A stretch of 37,144 bases of DNA from a virus (lineage: Duplodnaviria; Caudoviricetes). The stretch spans positions 1 to 37,144 of the IMG/VR virus record IMGVR_UViG_3300044513_004503; one strand, 5' to 3'. The notes beneath the pieces were generated by a model. That model was not told the origin of the DNA and searched no databases. It saw only the letters and a list, made by a program, of their open reading frames with translations. How positions within the stretch are numbered: the first letter of the stretch is position 1; every line of letters begins with the position of its first letter. A program made the position numbers and the translations under genes. This document shows, in pieces, positions 34,056-37,144 of the stretch.

Positions 34056-35555
34056 ATGTCTCAGACAAAGACGCAGCTTGTTGAAGGTTTAGATCTTGCA
34101 GCGGCACCTGCCGACTCCTTAGTAATCGACTCCTCCGGGCGTGTAGGCATAGGGATTAGTTCGCCTGTCAAACGGCTTCAAGTTTCAGCAGGTGTTTCAG
34201 GCGACGCAGCCAACCTGCTGCTGGTAAATACAAACGATACTGATGGCGACACTGCCAGCATTCTTTTTAGTACGACAAATACTGACCAGTTCAACAAAGC
34301 AGGTATATTTTTTGAGCGCACTACTACGCAGGCAAGAGGCAGCCTACATTTCTGCACCGAAAATACTGGAGATTCAACCAATGTAAGCAAGGCAAATGCA
34401 CGGTTGACAATCACCCGCACAGGCGCCGTAGGGATTGGCACTACGAGTCCGCAAGTTAATGTTGATATTGCGCCTGCTACTTCTTCCGCAATCCTGCGGG
34501 TTCAGGCGAGAACTGATACCAGTCCCGAAGCATCCATTGAGCTGATGCGTGGTGCTAATACTACCTTTGGTTCAGATACTTATGGTGATTACAGAATTAA
34601 AGGCTCAGGTGGAAATCTTATTCTTGAAAAAGGTGCTGATGGATCAACCGCCGAAGTGCTTAGAACTGACGGTGATCGCCTCTTAATTGGCACGCCTAAT
34701 AGTGAGCCTGTTGGTTTTGATCACCTACTTCAACTTGAACACGGATCAGGGAATAGAGGCATCAGTCTTATTCAAAACACGAACGATGCGTTTGCTTCGC
34801 ATATTGATTTTGCGAAATCAAGAAGCACAGGAGCCGGAGGAAACACGATTGTTCAAAATGGTGATGGGCTAGGCTCTATTGTTTGGAGAGGTGCTGATGG
34901 CAGTGATAAAGCCACAGGCGCTGCATATATTACTTGCCAAGTAGATGGCACACCCAGCAGCAACGATATGCCGGGACGCCTTATCTTTGCTACTACTCTG
35001 AGTGGCGCGTCTTCTTCGACGGAAGTGATGAGGATTACGCAGGACGGGCTTGTCGATCTCGGTCATGGCAGTGGGCCTCAAGCGAGATTCCGAACTAATG
35101 CAACCAGTTCTCACCAGTTTTCCCGAACATCGAGTGCAACAACAAACCTTACATTTATTGAATTTGGAAGAGCCGGAACAGCTCCAGGTAATTACACACC
35201 TGAAGGAGATATTAGAACCAACGGTTCTGGCAACCTAGCATTTAATAATGCCTCCGATATTACTCTCAAGGAGAATATTCGGGATCTTGATAACTGCCTA
35301 GAAACAGTTAACTCCCTGCGTCCCGTTCTGTTTGATTGGAAAGAAGAGTACAAAGCAAACTGCACCGATGTGAAAGGTTTTATTGCTCAGGAATTTGAGC
35401 AGGTGCTTCCTAAGTCAGTCAGCACAGACGAAAATGGGATTAAATCTATAGCGCCTGAAACTGATCTTTTGCCCTTGCTGGTTGGTGCATTAAAGGAAGC
35501 CACAGCCAAGATCACAGCATTGGAAGCCAAAGTGGCAGCACTGGAAGCCAACTAG
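34056..35555 (+). CDS. Tail fibre 3 with C-terminal peptidase S74 chaperone, displaced from tail module
   Basis: IDSSGRVGIG.SSP modules, VDGTP.SNDMPGRL, SD..LKENI...GFIAQE...coiled coil. Confidence 0.9.
   Translation: MSQTKTQLVEGLDLAAAPADSLVIDSSGRVGIGISSPVKRLQVSAGVSGDAANLLLVNTNDTDGDTASILFSTTNTDQFNKAGIFFERTTTQARGSLHFCTENTGDSTNVSKANARLTITRTGAVGIGTTSPQVNVDIAPATSSAILRVQARTDTSPEASIELMRGANTTFGSDTYGDYRIKGSGGNLILEKGADGSTAEVLRTDGDRLLIGTPNSEPVGFDHLLQLEHGSGNRGISLIQNTNDAFASHIDFAKSRSTGAGGNTIVQNGDGLGSIVWRGADGSDKATGAAYITCQVDGTPSSNDMPGRLIFATTLSGASSSTEVMRITQDGLVDLGHGSGPQARFRTNATSSHQFSRTSSATTNLTFIEFGRAGTAPGNYTPEGDIRTNGSGNLAFNNASDITLKENIRDLDNCLETVNSLRPVLFDWKEEYKANCTDVKGFIAQEFEQVLPKSVSTDENGIKSIAPETDLLPLLVGALKEATAKITALEAKVAALEAN
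34124..34165 (+). repeat. 42-nt fibre module joint, copy 2
   Basis: AATCGACTCCTCCGGGCGTGTAGGCATAGGGATTAGTTCGCC; one mismatch to 14310-14351. Confidence 0.95.
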
Positions 35556-35566
35556 TCCACGCCACT
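35545..35566 (+). repeat. 22-bp direct repeat, left copy, spanning the stop of tail fibre 3
   Basis: AAGCCAACTAGTCCACGCCACT; 21/22 identical to 35679-35700. Confidence 0.93.
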
Positions 35567-35569
35567 TCT

Positions 35570-35680
35570 ATGCACAACCTGATTCCAGCTTTGGTGCTAC
35601 TGCTTATCGCCTTTGCCCTTCCATTTGTCTGGGTCGCGGTAGGTCTTCCTAACCGCCATGGACCTTGGTGGTGGTGGTAA
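35570..35680 (+). CDS. 36-aa membrane peptide ending WWWW (not in ORF track)
   Basis: MHNLIPALVLLLIAFALPFVWVAVGLPNRHGPWWWW fills the space between the two repeats exactly. Confidence 0.65.
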   Translation: MHNLIPALVLLLIAFALPFVWVAVGLPNRHGPWWWW

Positions 35681-35700
35681 GCCAACTAGTCAACGCCACT
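35679..35700 (+). repeat. 22-bp direct repeat, right copy
   Basis: AAGCCAACTAGTCAACGCCACT. Confidence 0.93.
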
Positions 35701-35704
35701 ACAA

Positions 35705-35747
35705 GGTGGGCAACCGACCTATTCAACTGGTTGCATCCCTTTTCTTT
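35705..35747 (+). terminator. Candidate hairpin/terminator after the fibre-3 cassette
   Basis: GCAACC (35710-15) pairs with GGTTGC (35729-34), 13-nt loop, then TTTTCTTT. Confidence 0.45.
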
Positions 35748-35754
35748 GAACTAA

Positions 35755-35916
35755 ATGGACAAGCACACCCGCGAGAACTGGAAGAAGATCAAGGATCATC
35801 TTGAATCCGTGGGTGCAACTGACAATCATTTCTATAGACGGTCAGTTGCCATTTCTGCAGGGAAAGCCGATCCGATGGATCACCCGTCTATTTCGGATTC
35901 CCCTCAGGAAGAATAG
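35755..35916 (+). CDS. 53-aa cyanophage-type small protein (not in ORF track)
   Basis: MDKHTRENWKKIKDHLESVGATDNHFYRRSVAISAGKADPM...; good codon bias. Confidence 0.7.
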   Translation: MDKHTRENWKKIKDHLESVGATDNHFYRRSVAISAGKADPMDHPSISDSPQEE

Positions 35917-37144
35917 TGTCGAACTTGCTGAACTTCTCGTCGGAGGCCCGAACTGCAAGGCCTTTGACGAAAGGACGGCCCTGCTTGCAGAACTGACGGA
36001 TGTTTTGGAGTCCAAGCTGGTTAGCGCAGCAATCCAAAAGCAACGCGATGAAACGCTTCTGACCAACAGGCTTCGACCCAGTGTCCTCGCAATAGGAGCA
36101 GTAGCTGGGATACAGATGAAACTTACTGTTCAGGTAGCGTTCAGGCTCATCCTTCGGTGCCGGGATCTTTTTACCAACAGCGGAGGTTGCATCGGGAGCA
36201 CAAACGACTTCTGACTGGAGCCATTCGACGAGGTTGTTGCTGTTCAGCATGATCTCGTTGCGGACCCGCTTCAGGGATGGCACCTTTTCGTAGGTATCCA
36301 GCAGGTATTCGCGCATTTCCTGCTCCGTCATCGACAGAACCCAGTTGACCAAGCCGGGTAAATAATCCTTCCATAAGCCCCTTACGATGCCATTGTCGAG
36401 CTTTATCATCTCTTTGGCTTCAGAGCTCTTGTCGTAGAGAGGCCGATTGAACTCCAAGGTCAGGCGACGGCGGGTCAGGCCGGAGGTGTTGTCGGTGGTC
36501 TGGATTGGTTCGTTGGCGCAAACCATGACCATGCCGGTGTAGACAAAAGGCTCGCCGACGTTTTTGTTTTTCTCTTCGTAGCGGAGGTTGTCACCACCGG
36601 TCAGGGCCTTGAAGATTTGGGCAGAACCGCCATAACGCTCCGAGTCGTTGATCAGGGTCAGCCGCTTGCCTTTGATCGATGCCACCTCAAACCGCGACTG
36701 CTCCAGCTGGTTCAGGGTGGTGCTTCCGTAGTTGCCGTTGCCGACCAGGGCACAGCAGAGGTTGGCGAAGGTGGACTTACCGCGACCACCAGGACCAACG
36801 ACCTCGAGGAAACGCTGCAGCTCATGGCCGCGTCCCATCAAACACGCACGGAGCCATGCCCGTAAGACCTGTACACGCTCTTCGTCACCGTATTGGGTAC
36901 GGCGCAACCAATCGATGATTGGACCGGGCTGAGCGTGGGGATCGTACTCAAAGTCAAGGCCCCAGGTCATGTAGTTTTCACGGTCGTGATCCGTGAATTC
37001 GCCAGAGCTGATCTCCAGTACACCGTTGCTGAATGCGAGACGGTCAGAATCGTCGTCCCAGTAGGTGTGGGTCAGCAACGCCTGGCTCAGCGAGACAACG
37101 TCTGACAGCAAGTGAGTTGTGTATCCGCTTGGAGCCTCAATCTC
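35888..37144 (-). CDS. D5/P4-family primase-helicase, SF3 helicase part; 5' end outside window
   Basis: AFSNGVLE (D5_N), Walker A GPGGRGKST, KGKRL..I.D, K.LTGGD, N...D...L.RR; frame open to window edge. Confidence 0.93.
   Translation of the reverse strand, partial: EIEAPSGYTTHLLSDVVSLSQALLTHTYWDDDSDRLAFSNGVLEISSGEFTDHDRENYMTWGLDFEYDPHAQPGPIIDWLRRTQYGDEERVQVLRAWLRACLMGRGHELQRFLEVVGPGGRGKSTFANLCCALVGNGNYGSTTLNQLEQSRFEVASIKGKRLTLINDSERYGGSAQIFKALTGGDNLRYEEKNKNVGEPFVYTGMVMVCANEPIQTTDNTSGLTRRRLTLEFNRPLYDKSSEAKEMIKLDNGIVRGLWKDYLPGLVNWVLSMTEQEMREYLLDTYEKVPSLKRVRNEIMLNSNNLVEWLQSEVVCAPDATSAVGKKIPAPKDEPERYLNSKFHLYPSYCSYCEDTGSKPVGQKRFIALLLDCCANQLGLQNIRQFCKQGRPFVKGLAVRASDEKFSKFDTILPEGNPK

Noticed and set aside
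13456-35555. Diversity-generating retroelement acting on the fibres
   Set aside because: No reverse transcriptase in the window; repeats are short internal joints, not a ~100-bp TR/VR pair, and mismatches are not adenine-specific
35545-35700. Mini CRISPR array
   Set aside because: Only two 22-bp copies with a 112-bp interval that encodes an ORF; no cas genes
1-37144. Stop-codon reassignment
   Set aside because: Genes tile densely in the standard code using TAA, TAG and TGA; no suppressor tRNA seen

Overview
A 37-kb segment of a tailed dsDNA cyanophage, most likely infecting a picocyanobacterium (Synechococcus/Cyanobium). The host call rests on an NblA-like gene, a 2OG-Fe(II) oxygenase, cyanophage-type tail fibres, and tRNA-Thr(UGU) and tRNA-Leu(UAA). 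An S-EIV1-like lineage is my unverified impression. Layout: (1) 1-18.6 kb is a + strand virion module: capsid-associated protein and terminator, HhH protein, head-tail protein, lytic transglycosylase, circularly permuted M23 peptidase, small basic proteins, structural and fibre genes, two tail fibres with chaperones, and a DUF218/YdcF-like moron. (2) 18.6-22 kb holds membrane/secreted proteins and a lysozyme-C39 endolysin. (3) 22-32 kb is a mixed-strand accessory region: tRNAs, HNH nucleases, oxygenase, nblA, degenerate lysozyme, Dam-like and double His-Cys-box proteins, an orphan Phd antitoxin, and a ~430-bp noncoding stretch with 18-bp repeats. (4) 32-37 kb has small low-complexity proteins, a third displaced tail fibre and the 3' part of a D5/P4-type primase-helicase. 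The strongest novel signal is a cassette-like architecture in the tail fibres. Module joints are conserved at DNA level (41/42 nt between fibres 20 kb apart), the fibre 3' ends are imperfect inverted copies of those joints, and a TAGTCCACGCCACT motif at the fibre ends precedes cargo genes, one of which sits between 22-bp direct repeats. The second signal is a dispersed set of small proteins sharing an FLxx[YF] helix. All family assignments are from motif recognition; no searches were run.
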